Source: a bacterium (GTDB lineage: Bacteria > SM23-31). From it: a stretch of DNA of 64,000 bases. The position numbers were made by a program, and so were the translations under genes. The stretch spans positions 3,296,001 through 3,360,000 of the forward strand of contig OZ252239.1 of the NCBI GenBank assembly GCA_965249485.1, written 5' to 3'. Numbering within the stretch: the stretch's first letter is position 1; each line of letters begins with the position of its first letter. The notes under the pieces are model-generated. The model was not told the DNA's origin. It made no database searches and saw only the letters and a list, made by a program, of their open reading frames with translations. Positions 8,622 to 18,740 of this stretch are shown here, piece by piece.

Positions 8622-11237
8622 TTACTGTGATGTAGCATAATAGAGTGAATTAAACAACAACTTAAACGTACCGTGCGTCTGAGCTCTGGTTTGAACACCG
8701 AATCCCAATAAAATCACTGTACCTTTTTCATAAGAATAGTTAACTGCACCGGCAGCGTTGTAGAGAAATTCTTCTCCAATCTGAAATCCGCTCATCAATA
8801 GATCTCTATCAGGATATTCTGCAATAATATCATAACTCCCATTTTCCTCATCATAGTCATTGACCAAAAAAGCAGGACTGTTGTTAAAAAATACTGGAGC
8901 CTCTTCAGGCATTCCAAATGCAATTGGATGGCTGTTATTGAATTTCATCTGAAGTAGTGAACCTGGAATCGCAAATTGAGGTTCACCATTGTCGTTGTCA
9001 TCCAATCCTTCAAGAGCATTCATGAACGGTGCATCAAACTCATCGATGGCAAAAAGAGCGCTTCTGTTCAAAGCAACCAGTGTACCGCCATTCTGCACGA
9101 ATTTTCTCAAATTTTCAACACCGATGTCAGCAATCCCGCCTACATACTGTGGGGGTACTGTTCCGGTTTCGTGGCCGTTCACAATTGCATCTGTTGACAT
9201 TGACGGCAAAACAATTACATCAAACCGGTCATTCAATCTTCCAGCCCGCACATCAGCATCAAAAATATTTTCAAAAGGAAATTCATACTGCTCCAATATC
9301 CAACGGGTCCACCCTTCATCCATACTGGCACGCCACGATTTATAGAGTGCGGTTCTCGGTTGTGATACTGCTGCCGTCTTACTCGTTATAGCTCTTCCGA
9401 CTCCGGTAATGGTCAAAGATAGATTATCTGCAAGTGTATTCATAAATGAGCCGGAAATACTACCAGACTCTACAATCCAGGTGCCCGGAAGATGTTCAAT
9501 ATTATTAACTTCGATCGTTTCCTGCAGCCGTGAAACAGCACCGCCATTTTCGAGGATGCGATTCGCCGCAATAAAACTGTTATTCGTTTTTGGACTTATA
9601 AGATAAGAAGAGGCAGCTCTCCCGTTCACACTGCCTGGTAGAGGTTCAGCATTTTCTATTTGATCCATAGGTATATCGAGAGGCGAATTTGCAGCTACTC
9701 TATTGACACCCATTTGATAAGGCAGTGTCCAACCATCCTGATCCTGATGAGGTATATATACGTTTTCAAACTCCTGCGGTCCGACCGTACCCTGCCATAG
9801 ATCGGGATACTGTGCAAGATCGGGCGCGTCCTGTTCTTCAAACATTGTTTTTACAAAGTATGCAAATGGTTGATCCATAGGAATAATCCAAGTCCCGGAC
9901 GGATAGGTTATGCCGTCGGATACAAACTCTTCTGACGCCTCATACACATCGATCCCCATAAATATCATTTTATTCATTAACAATGCAGCGGTTGGATTGT
10001 CCCACTGCTGTTGTGGGACAATCCATGCATAGGGAGGCTCATTTTTGAATTTATTGATAATATCTTTACCCATTTGAAACTTATTGTACAAAAGCTCATC
10101 AGAGAACCGGGCAGCGGTCTGTAATGTTGCCTTTGATGTTGTTAGCATATACTCAACTGCATCTCTAAGGCGCCACCATCCCCCTTTCCAGGGGCTGGGA
10201 TAAAACGATGAGATGGTGAAATCTCGGTACGCTTCGGGAAAATCGTCTAATGTGTAAAAGTGTGGTGTTGCATAACGATAGAGTGCTGTTTCCGACATAT
10301 ATGCAATTATATTGAAATGGAGTCCAACCTCGTCTACATAACCGGGATACCATAGGTCGAAGTTAATCCGTGATATAGCCCCTACTTTCCCTTCCTGTTC
10401 GAGAGCATAGCCAATGGATGTTCCGAAGAGATTCTTACCGCGAATAACCATTGGATGCAAATTAGGATTTGTCGGCTCCGCACTCAGTGGAATGAATATT
10501 CTCGTAGGAAACGGCGCTGTCTGGTGGTGGTTATATTGCACAACGGGGAACCATTCATGATTGACCAACCGTGTTATATTCTGCGTTTCGGCCATATTAT
10601 TCATGTAAGAATCACGGTTGTTATCGTGTCCAACATAGTGGTGATACAGCCATGGCATTGGACTGACTTCATATTCGGTACCGAGATTTGACCGATACCA
10701 GTCAACAACCATATCCATCCCATCCGGATTTGCAAACACTAAAATCAGAATCGTCTTATCCCGTATTTCACGTGTGACAGGATCATTTGATGCTACAAGA
10801 TCATATGCAAGCTGCGGCAACATCTGGCCGTGAGCAACTTCGGATGCATGGAGGCTGCCGTCGATGTAGACAATTGCTTTCCCCTCATTCGCCAACTGCT
10901 TTGCATGCTCATCATCGAGTCCCTTTACCAGTGCAAGCTGTTTTGAAATGTCCTTGTAATGGTCAAGCTGAGCCATATTTTCTTCGGACGAAATAATTGC
11001 ATAAATCATCGAGTTTCCAAGTGTTGTTTTTCCTGCTTCACGCACTTCAATCAACGAATAAGAGTTGTCAAGTGCTTCAAAATACTCGAGCGCCTCCTGA
11101 TAATTCAACAGCTTAAAATCGTCTCCTACGCGAAATCCCAGAATCTCTTCGGGCTTCGGAATAGACTGTGCAAACACAAAAGAAACGGTAAACAATACAA
11201 TACACAGTGTTACACAGCTTCTTTGTACATAATTCAT
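8622..11237 (-). CDS. Exported M14-family zinc carboxypeptidase-like protein with C-terminal glutamine amidotransferase-like domain
   Basis: Signal peptide ending VFA-Q; HASE zinc motif, NPDG, GHDNNRD and HHQ. Confidence 0.85.
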   Translation of the reverse strand: MNYVQRSCVTLCIVLFTVSFVFAQSIPKPEEILGFRVGDDFKLLNYQEALEYFEALDNSYSLIEVREAGKTTLGNSMIYAIISSEENMAQLDHYKDISKQLALVKGLDDEHAKQLANEGKAIVYIDGSLHASEVAHGQMLPQLAYDLVASNDPVTREIRDKTILILVFANPDGMDMVVDWYRSNLGTEYEVSPMPWLYHHYVGHDNNRDSYMNNMAETQNITRLVNHEWFPVVQYNHHQTAPFPTRIFIPLSAEPTNPNLHPMVIRGKNLFGTSIGYALEQEGKVGAISRINFDLWYPGYVDEVGLHFNIIAYMSETALYRYATPHFYTLDDFPEAYRDFTISSFYPSPWKGGWWRLRDAVEYMLTTSKATLQTAARFSDELLYNKFQMGKDIINKFKNEPPYAWIVPQQQWDNPTAALLMNKMIFMGIDVYEASEEFVSDGITYPSGTWIIPMDQPFAYFVKTMFEEQDAPDLAQYPDLWQGTVGPQEFENVYIPHQDQDGWTLPYQMGVNRVAANSPLDIPMDQIENAEPLPGSVNGRAASSYLISPKTNNSFIAANRILENGGAVSRLQETIEVNNIEHLPGTWIVESGSISGSFMNTLADNLSLTITGVGRAITSKTAAVSQPRTALYKSWRASMDEGWTRWILEQYEFPFENIFDADVRAGRLNDRFDVIVLPSMSTDAIVNGHETGTVPPQYVGGIADIGVENLRKFVQNGGTLVALNRSALFAIDEFDAPFMNALEGLDDNDNGEPQFAIPGSLLQMKFNNSHPIAFGMPEEAPVFFNNSPAFLVNDYDEENGSYDIIAEYPDRDLLMSGFQIGEEFLYNAAGAVNYSYEKGTVILLGFGVQTRAQTHGTFKLLFNSLYYATSQ

Positions 11238-11334
11238 GAGAAGACCATCCTTTTCAGATTCAACAATGATTCAATTACTATTTATACGATGCTCAATTAG
11301 ATGTGTATCTAGTACTATGCTTCAAATTTAATAA

Positions 11335-12285
11335 TTACGGTACTAACGCTGAAAATACAGCTTTAGAAATCTGAATATCCTGAACTGCAACACCTGTCAA
11401 ATCGACAACGGTTGTTTGGCTATCATCCGTCCGCCGGGGCGCGGTATTTCGTATCACATTGCCAAGTTCGAATACGGAATTCCTGTCGAGAACACCGGCT
11501 TCAACGGCTTTGAAAACCTCGCCACGTGTCTCGCTCTGAAAAATACTATCAGCAACAACGATATCCGCATTTCCGACTATACTTTCCTCTAACTCCTGTT
11601 TCTCAGATGTGTCAGATCCCATGGCGGTAATGTGTGTCCCTTTTTTAATATCATCTGTTTTCAAGAGCGGTTTTTTGGTCGGTGTAGCAGTTACAATAAA
11701 ATTACAGTTTTCCGCAACTTCGGCGGGCTCTAGTGTTGTTTCTACAGAATAGCCTTCCGCTTCCATGTCACTTTTGTACAGAGCAAGTTCCGCTTCGTTC
11801 ATCCCCCATACATGAATATTTTTGCAATCGACGATCGGTTGTAAATAATTGACCTGGAGTCTTCCCTGTACACCGGCACCAAATACACCGATGCAATTTA
11901 CCTTTGATGGTGCAAAATATTTTGCAGCAACCGCACCGGCTGCGGCGGTCCTGATGTTGGTTAAATACCCTTCGTCGAGCAGAATACCCGCTAACTCACC
12001 GGTCTTCTGTTTGAAGATAAGCATTAATCCATTAAATATCGGCAAGTTGAGTTTTACATTTTCATAAAACCCTGAGGCTATTTTCACTACGTAATAGTCG
12101 TCATTAACTATGCAGCCGTACTTGATATGCATGTCCCCCTGAGGATTATCAAAAAGCAGTTCACCGACTTGCGGCACAACAACGTTTCCTTCTGAAAATT
12201 GCACAAAACCGTCTTCTATTGCTGAAACGGCATCTATCGAACCTAACACGCTTTTGATCTGATCAAGATTGAAAATTTTTGACAT
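11335..12285 (-). CDS. Ornithine cyclodeaminase / mu-crystallin family protein
   Basis: HIKYG, TNIRTAAAG, GAGVQG, GTHITAMGSD and DLTGVAVQD motifs. Confidence 0.9.
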   Translation of the reverse strand: MSKIFNLDQIKSVLGSIDAVSAIEDGFVQFSEGNVVVPQVGELLFDNPQGDMHIKYGCIVNDDYYVVKIASGFYENVKLNLPIFNGLMLIFKQKTGELAGILLDEGYLTNIRTAAAGAVAAKYFAPSKVNCIGVFGAGVQGRLQVNYLQPIVDCKNIHVWGMNEAELALYKSDMEAEGYSVETTLEPAEVAENCNFIVTATPTKKPLLKTDDIKKGTHITAMGSDTSEKQELEESIVGNADIVVADSIFQSETRGEVFKAVEAGVLDRNSVFELGNVIRNTAPRRTDDSQTTVVDLTGVAVQDIQISKAVFSALVP

Positions 12286-12288
12286 TGA

Positions 12289-13275
12289 CTATTCTCCTTC
12301 TACCAAAACCGATTTCAGCGCTTCCATCCCGATTCGTTTTCCGCTTAAAATCAAGATCACATTTTTACCGGCATAGTTGTCTTGTGTCTTGAGAAAAGAT
12401 GCTACCTGCAGTGCAGCGGCACCTTCGACAAGCAGATAGTGTTTTTCGAGAAGGAACCGAATTGCTTTTTTGATTTCATCTTCCTCTGCCAGCACATACT
12501 CATCAACATATTTTTGGCAGAGTTCAAAGGTAAATGCTCCCGGTTCGATCCCTCCCGCCGTACCATCGGAAATTGTGGGTTTTGATTCAAGATCAAGAAT
12601 CCGGCCCGCTTTGATTGACTCGTACATCACTTTTGAATTTACAGGCTGGCATCCGATTATTGAAATAGACGACTCGGTCTCCTTCAAATATCCAGCCACA
12701 CCTGACATCAATCCTCCACCGCCAACCGGAACAAACACCGCATCGATATGTTTGAGTTGACGCTTCAGTTCAATACCGATTGTACCCTGTCCACCGACAA
12801 TCTGCGGGTCGTTATATGGTGATACAAACACCTGATTATTTTTTCTGGCAGTCTCCTTAGCCAAAGTTTCACTTTTTATACCGTCATTACCGAAAAGTTC
12901 GATATCCACCTTGAATAATTTCAACGATTCAAGTTTCGTCGGAGATACTGTTTCCGGCAGATAGATTACTCCTTTGCCGCCAAATTTATCGAGGGTATAC
13001 GCAAACGCTGCACCGTGATTTCCTGAGGAAGCACTGACAATATAACCTCTCTTTTGCTCAGACGTTAATGAGAGGAACTTATTCGTTGCCCCCCGCAATT
13101 TAAATGACCCCGAAATCTGTGTGTTTTCGAGCTTTAAATAGACATTACAATCTCCCATCCTGCTCAGTACCGGTGAATACTCAAGCGGAGTTTCATAAAT
13201 ATGTTCACGTATCCGTTTTTCGGCCGCAATTACTTCCTGTTTTACATCAATCATAGATTTATGCATCATCCTCAC
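12289..13275 (-). CDS. Threonine/serine dehydratase (fold-type II PLP enzyme)
   Basis: KLENTQISGSFKLRGA, SSGNHG and VPVGGGGL motifs. The true start may be the ATG at 13269 or 13266. Confidence 0.9.
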   Translation of the reverse strand: MRMMHKSMIDVKQEVIAAEKRIREHIYETPLEYSPVLSRMGDCNVYLKLENTQISGSFKLRGATNKFLSLTSEQKRGYIVSASSGNHGAAFAYTLDKFGGKGVIYLPETVSPTKLESLKLFKVDIELFGNDGIKSETLAKETARKNNQVFVSPYNDPQIVGGQGTIGIELKRQLKHIDAVFVPVGGGGLMSGVAGYLKETESSISIIGCQPVNSKVMYESIKAGRILDLESKPTISDGTAGGIEPGAFTFELCQKYVDEYVLAEEDEIKKAIRFLLEKHYLLVEGAAALQVASFLKTQDNYAGKNVILILSGKRIGMEALKSVLVEGE

Positions 13276-13807
13276 TTAATCTCAATCAATATGTATATAA
13301 AAACACTTTTTGTTAATTGAATGTTTATATAATATGCTTATAAAGCAATTCTCCTCAACGGTACAATAAATTTAATTGATTTGATACAATATTTATTGGA
13401 ATTTTCCCTGAAACAATTTCAGAAATAGATATTCTTTGAGTTCAAACAAATGGGATGATATGTACAGAATTAGTGTAGATAATTGTTACGAGGAATATGC
13501 CATACGATGCATGTTGAAGAAGCACATAAGGAACAAAAAAACAGCCTTGTGTAGAATTATGCTATAATACTGCATAGAACTCATTTACTTAATTGAATGG
13601 GCGTTCATGTGCCACTCTCTCACAATTTCGAGCAGCATATCTCACGTAATAAATGTGCTTTAATATAACACAAAAAACAGTTAAATTTCAAGGATAATAA
13701 TTACCTCTTTTTTGTATAGTGTACTTTGATTATTAGGTATTTATTACTATTATGGTGTTCAGCTTGTGATATGCGTTTTTTTATTGAAATTTTCTGAAAG
13801 GATACAT

Positions 13808-14161
13808 ATGTCACTCAGTCAATTATCGTGCAAAGCCTGCCGGGGTGGAGTCGCACCTCTCGAAGGTAGTCAGTTACAGGAATATTTGGAGCAGGTACCG
13901 GAATGGCGTTTGATAGAAAATAAAATCTCGAGGACCTTTACGTTCAAGAATTTCAAAGAATCTTTTGATTTTGCCAATGAAGTCGGAAGGATTTCGGAGC
14001 AGGAAGACCATCATCCGGATGTGTGCGTTCACGATTACAAGAATGTCACTATTACCCTCTGGACCCATAAAATAAACGGACTGTTCGAAAATGATTTTAT
14101 ACTTGCAGCAAAAATCAACGAGATAAAAAATCCACCTGCCACGTTTAGCAGCAGTCTATAA
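13808..14161 (+). CDS. phhB: Pterin-4a-carbinolamine dehydratase
   Basis: EDHHPD, WTH and NDFILAAKI motifs; ATG at 13808 preceded by GAAAGGA. Confidence 0.9.
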   Translation: MSLSQLSCKACRGGVAPLEGSQLQEYLEQVPEWRLIENKISRTFTFKNFKESFDFANEVGRISEQEDHHPDVCVHDYKNVTITLWTHKINGLFENDFILAAKINEIKNPPATFSSSL

Positions 14162-14198
14162 ATGCGGAGATAATTTTGTTAAATTTTGTTGTTGCCCG

Positions 14199-15272
14199 TC
14201 AGAAGTTGGCAATTTCCTGTTTGATGGGATGGTCTTCACCATAGACCCGATTCCAAACTGCTGCCCCTTCCATACAGAGATACACATGAGCTTCGGGACT
14301 TTTATCGATAATCCATGACCGCATTTTCCGGAAGATTTCACCACGTACCGGCTGCAAATATCTGAGTTTACCGTCCGAACATTGGATCATTTCACTATAA
14401 ATGATATCGGTATTGGGAAACCGTTTTTGAATCGCAGTCTTTCCGGCGGTAGTAAACCGTAACACACCGAGACTGATCCAGAGAATATCTTCCGGATCAA
14501 CATAATCGAACATCATTTCAATGACAGATCGGTAGTTTTCCTCCCATCCTTCGTGGACAATAATAGGATCGAAATGAAAGGCTATTTTATAACCCGCATC
14601 TTTACACAGTCGAGCAGCAGTAAGCCGATCACGGAGCGATGCTGTTTTGTGTTCCTCTTTATCGATAAGACCCTGCGGATTGAGTGACCATGCAATGACT
14701 GTTTTACCTTTCGGATCAACTGAGAGCAGATTATCGACATAGCTTCCTTTTGTTTTTAACTCGAGCAGGACAGAATCAAATTCAGCGAAACAGGGTACAA
14801 TTTCTTTACTGAATCCGGTAATCTCATCGAGCGCAAGAGAATCTGCCAATTCACCAGTTCCTATTCGGAAGGATTTTCCAGGATGTAACTGGACCAGTTC
14901 CCGTACTTCTTCAATAAAATCGGTGAGATTTGTATGAATGGTTATGTTCTGTGTATTAAGATAGCTCTGCAGGTAGCAATAGGTGCAATCGAAATGGCAA
15001 TTTATAGCCAAATTTGCCACAAAATAGTTGCAGCACAGTGCATCTTTCGTGCCCGGACAGCGTTCAATAAAAGGTCCTCTGCTCTTCTGTAGATAGAGAG
15101 CACGTTTCCCTTTTGTTATTGTTTCTAAATCCGGTTTCTGGATGGTAGAACCCGCGCTGTTTTCTATGATTTCATAATCGACATCGGGAAATCGGTTTAA
15201 TATCCGCTCTGTAAGGGCATCGTGCAGTGACTGCTCATCTATATATATATATTCGGGTTTTAACGATATCAT
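14199..15272 (-). CDS. Spore photoproduct lyase-like (SplB family) radical SAM protein
   Basis: CHFDCTYCYLQ CxxxCxxC motif, ELKTK, WSLNP, HFDPI, GKLRY and YLCME, as in SplB-like proteins. Confidence 0.8.
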   Translation of the reverse strand: MISLKPEYIYIDEQSLHDALTERILNRFPDVDYEIIENSAGSTIQKPDLETITKGKRALYLQKSRGPFIERCPGTKDALCCNYFVANLAINCHFDCTYCYLQSYLNTQNITIHTNLTDFIEEVRELVQLHPGKSFRIGTGELADSLALDEITGFSKEIVPCFAEFDSVLLELKTKGSYVDNLLSVDPKGKTVIAWSLNPQGLIDKEEHKTASLRDRLTAARLCKDAGYKIAFHFDPIIVHEGWEENYRSVIEMMFDYVDPEDILWISLGVLRFTTAGKTAIQKRFPNTDIIYSEMIQCSDGKLRYLQPVRGEIFRKMRSWIIDKSPEAHVYLCMEGAAVWNRVYGEDHPIKQEIANF

Positions 15273-15282
15273 AACATCCTGC

Positions 15283-16740
15283 TTATTGTGTGATTTTAAA
15301 TGCTCCGATTTGCTTGTCTTTTATTCTAAACTTAACGCCAATTCCGTGTTCTTTAACAACCTTTTTTAAATGGCCGAATTCAATTCTAACATTCGGATAG
15401 ACACGTTGATGGACTGAAATAGACGCATTTTCTACTTCCTTAAACACGCTTTCAAGCCCTTTACCAATTTCTGTCAGTAATTCAACTTCACTTTTAAGCT
15501 GTTTTTGAGTTTCAATAAGACTACGGTACAATTTTTTTTGCTTGTCTGGAAGTCCCCTCTTGATAATATTAATTTTATTGAGCACTGTAATTGCTTTTGA
15601 TACCTTCTCTACATTAATTTTGTGATTCTTTTTATCCTCTATATATTGTTTGCCTTTCTCTCGCTGCTCTCGAGTCAATCCCACATTCAACACGGTTTCT
15701 GTTGCAGTCTGGCTGCCGGCACTTTGAATAGTAATCGATTTACCTGCATACAGTGATCCGCCTATAACACCTTTTGATCCCGAAATTACAATGTTGCCAT
15801 CTGCCTCGACTGTGACGTGGAGCAGTGCATCGGATACAAATACATCTCCTCCGGCTAAGACAACCTGATTTTCTGTAAAGGTCAGAATGACACAGCCGCC
15901 CGCATTAATTCTGCCAGTCCCTTTTCCTGTAAATTCTCCCTTTACTACAACATTTCCACCCGCTTCAATAACAGCATCTTCCACGCTGCCTTCTATGACA
16001 ACATCTCCACCGGATTTTATGGAAAAGCCTGGTTTTACATCTTTGTTAATCAAAACAGAGCCCCGGTAATCAACATTCCCCGTTTCGTAATCGACATCTC
16101 CTTCGATGGTAACAAGGGAATCAATTATCAATTCATCCCCTTTAAGCGATACGACACCATCGGATGAAGCACAAAGCTGGTTGGGATTTTCACTCGATAT
16201 CTCCACATTGATACCCGATGGAAGTTGTGTCGGTTTTCCCGCATCCGCTTTAATAATAGAACCGGTTACCGTTATACCATCGGTTCCATTTTCAGGAGGT
16301 AATAGCTCTGCAACAACATCTCCTTTTTTAACATATTGCATAAAATCTATCTGCTTCACATCGATTTGTTCATGTTCATAGTTCTCAAGTAGCTCGGTCA
16401 TACTAATTTTGAAATTATACCTGACTTCCCCATTTTTTCCATCCTGTTTCGGTTTTCCCTCTGCAATAAGAACCTTTTCATCGACAATTAATTCATCAAA
16501 AATTCGGTTCAATTCTTCTTCCAGTATCAAATCTTTAGAAATATTATGGCTTTCAAGCGCTTGTATGACTGCTGATTTTTCGGGTAGAGCTCCGGTTTTC
16601 GATTGGGAAAGAGACAGCCAACAGCGGCTGGCATCATCGGAAAATGATACTTCGATATCAGATGCTGGAGAACTTTTCTCATTTTCCTTTTCATCGGTAC
16701 CCTGCGGGTCCTGTGAGTCTTGTATCTGATCTTTATTCAT
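15283..16740 (-). CDS. FapA / DUF342 family protein
   Basis: GDVDYETGNVDY and the beta-helix-like GDVVIEGSVEDAVIEAGG repeats, followed by a coiled coil. Confidence 0.85.
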   Translation of the reverse strand: MNKDQIQDSQDPQGTDEKENEKSSPASDIEVSFSDDASRCWLSLSQSKTGALPEKSAVIQALESHNISKDLILEEELNRIFDELIVDEKVLIAEGKPKQDGKNGEVRYNFKISMTELLENYEHEQIDVKQIDFMQYVKKGDVVAELLPPENGTDGITVTGSIIKADAGKPTQLPSGINVEISSENPNQLCASSDGVVSLKGDELIIDSLVTIEGDVDYETGNVDYRGSVLINKDVKPGFSIKSGGDVVIEGSVEDAVIEAGGNVVVKGEFTGKGTGRINAGGCVILTFTENQVVLAGGDVFVSDALLHVTVEADGNIVISGSKGVIGGSLYAGKSITIQSAGSQTATETVLNVGLTREQREKGKQYIEDKKNHKINVEKVSKAITVLNKINIIKRGLPDKQKKLYRSLIETQKQLKSEVELLTEIGKGLESVFKEVENASISVHQRVYPNVRIEFGHLKKVVKEHGIGVKFRIKDKQIGAFKITQ

Positions 16741-16755
16741 TGTAAGTAATTCAAA

Positions 16756-17211
16756 CTATTGATCAAGTAACCGTAATAAGTCCATGGACGAGACGATACC
16801 AACCACTCGTTCATCGTCAGTTATAACAACCCGGTGTATTTTATTTTCCAGCATTAATCGTACGAGTGCTTTAACTTCTGTCGATGGTGCCGCTGTGATA
16901 ACGGAAGAGGTCATGATCTGGTTTACAAATTCTTTTGCCGGTTCCGATCCGAGTAAATTATTGAAATCCGGTAAATCCACATGAGAAGTATTCACTGTTT
17001 CCTGCCCCAGAATTGCGCTCAATTCCCGCTCAAGCCCATATGTTACCAAATCAGTTTTCGAAACAATTCCGACCAACTTGGATTCCCCGTCAAGTACAGG
17101 GACACCGCTCACATGATGAGCTGAAATTATCTCCAGCAGCTCTTGCATAGATGCTGTTGATTTGACACAGACAACATCCCGTGTCATAATGTCGGAAGCT
17201 GTTACACCCAT
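16756..17211 (-). CDS. CBS domain pair protein
   Basis: ASDIMT...GVPVLD...VGIVSKTDL and IMT...VVGIVSSMDLL. Confidence 0.9.
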   Translation of the reverse strand: MGVTASDIMTRDVVCVKSTASMQELLEIISAHHVSGVPVLDGESKLVGIVSKTDLVTYGLERELSAILGQETVNTSHVDLPDFNNLLGSEPAKEFVNQIMTSSVITAAPSTEVKALVRLMLENKIHRVVITDDERVVGIVSSMDLLRLLDQ

Positions 17212-17264
17212 TAATGACTCCTAAGGTTTTATACCGAATGAAATATAATACGACACTAAATAAA

Positions 17265-18254
17265 TTATAATAATTTTAATAGAGAACGAATTTTTTCTCT
17301 GTTTGATTCATCACGAAGTGCATCACACAATGAATCGAGATCAGAAATCGATTTAAAGGAGATCGATGCTCTAAGGCTGTCACCCTCAAAATTATACGGA
17401 GGAGTTATAACATGTGCACCTATATTATTGAGGGACGAAGAGGTTTCAGCAAATTCTTTCTGGAATTGCGTAAGATCCGGATAGCGCCGTTCCTGAAGTA
17501 GTGCCAAAATTTTTGCCTGTTTTTGTGTCTGGGTCGTTTTGTTATCATTGAGAATAGACTGAAATTCCGCTTCATTGATGATCGTTGATATAGTCTTGTG
17601 GTCCCGCTTTCCAATCTCGTACATCAGTTCAATGCACTGTTTCAACTTTCCCCCGTGAATCTGCAATAATTTAATGATTGTAAAAAGTGCCTCCCGGTCA
17701 TTTTCCTCCAGCAATGCGAGCCGTGCAGCGTGCTGCGAGGATATATTCCAATGAAGCAAATAATGTTTCATTTCCTCATTAAGAGAATAAATATCCTTAA
17801 ATAATTGCATTGTGTATGATCCCGCGTTCAAACCCAATTGAGCTAAATAATTGTCACTATTTTTAATGACATTTTTTCTGACCAGTGAATCGAGTATCGA
17901 AATAATGCCTGCTTGTTCAATCAAATTAAAGTGACGGGTCGTTATGTTGTCCAAAAATGCTATATCAAACAGTTCTCCGTCGGACAACGATACTTCAGAA
18001 ATTACCCTGACAGGAAGCGAATCAAAATTAAGACTCTGTGCTGCATGAAGCCGTTTTGCACCGCAAATTATTTTGAATTTACTGTTTTCATTATCAGGGC
18101 AAACGGTAAGAGGATTTACGATCCCCAGTGACGAAATGGAGTCTAGGAGCTTTTGACCGGACTGAGGATATGAAAAAGCAAAAACCACATCAGTCAGTAT
18201 CAGTTGATCGGGATGTACACTCAAAAGTGATAATTGATTAGTTCCGTTTGGCAT
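17265..18254 (-). CDS. ParB/Srx N-terminal domain protein (orphan, no parA)
   Basis: LLDSISSLGIVNPLTV and IICGAKRLHAA resemble ParB boxes I and II; DN...NLIEQA follows. Confidence 0.7.
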   Translation of the reverse strand: MPNGTNQLSLLSVHPDQLILTDVVFAFSYPQSGQKLLDSISSLGIVNPLTVCPDNENSKFKIICGAKRLHAAQSLNFDSLPVRVISEVSLSDGELFDIAFLDNITTRHFNLIEQAGIISILDSLVRKNVIKNSDNYLAQLGLNAGSYTMQLFKDIYSLNEEMKHYLLHWNISSQHAARLALLEENDREALFTIIKLLQIHGGKLKQCIELMYEIGKRDHKTISTIINEAEFQSILNDNKTTQTQKQAKILALLQERRYPDLTQFQKEFAETSSSLNNIGAHVITPPYNFEGDSLRASISFKSISDLDSLCDALRDESNREKIRSLLKLL

Positions 18255-18271
18255 TGTTATATAGTAATGTT

Positions 18272-18640
18272 TTATATATTTCCCGGCAGCCAGAAGGCAT
18301 TTCGTGTATGAGAAATCTCATGTTTTCCATTATCATGAAACGTAACTCCAATAACATCGAATCGTGTATCGCAATCGGTTTTACCGGTTGTTTGCAAATA
18401 CGCTCTCGCGATCTTTCCAATTTGGTGCTGTTTACTTTGTGTGACTCTGAGTTCTGGAGGAACAGGATTACCGGCACTGTTTGATTTAACTTCGACAAAT
18501 ACGATCTGATGATTATCTCGGGCTATGATGTCGATCTCACCACGGTAAAATCGGAAATTTTTCTCAAGAATTTTCATTCCCTCTTTTTTTATATATTTTC
18601 CCGCAGCTTCCTCTCCCAGTTTACCAATATTTTTGCTCAT
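18272..18640 (-). CDS. yraN: YraN family (UPF0102) putative endonuclease
   Basis: GKLGEEAA, GEIDIIA, VFVEVK and RFDVI motifs; located downstream of rnhB as is common. Confidence 0.9.
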   Translation of the reverse strand: MSKNIGKLGEEAAGKYIKKEGMKILEKNFRFYRGEIDIIARDNHQIVFVEVKSNSAGNPVPPELRVTQSKQHQIGKIARAYLQTTGKTDCDTRFDVIGVTFHDNGKHEISHTRNAFWLPGNI

Positions 18641-18740
18641 GAGCTTTAAAATGTAGTATTTTATACAATTTATGGTGTCTTGTATCACTCATTTCGAAAC
18701 TTTCATCATCAAATGGAATAGTCACAATAGCAATGCATTG

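Noticed and set aside
13276..13807. ncRNA or riboswitch in the 530-bp intergenic gap
   Set aside because: AT-rich divergent promoter region with no recognisable conserved structure. An Rfam/Infernal scan would be needed.
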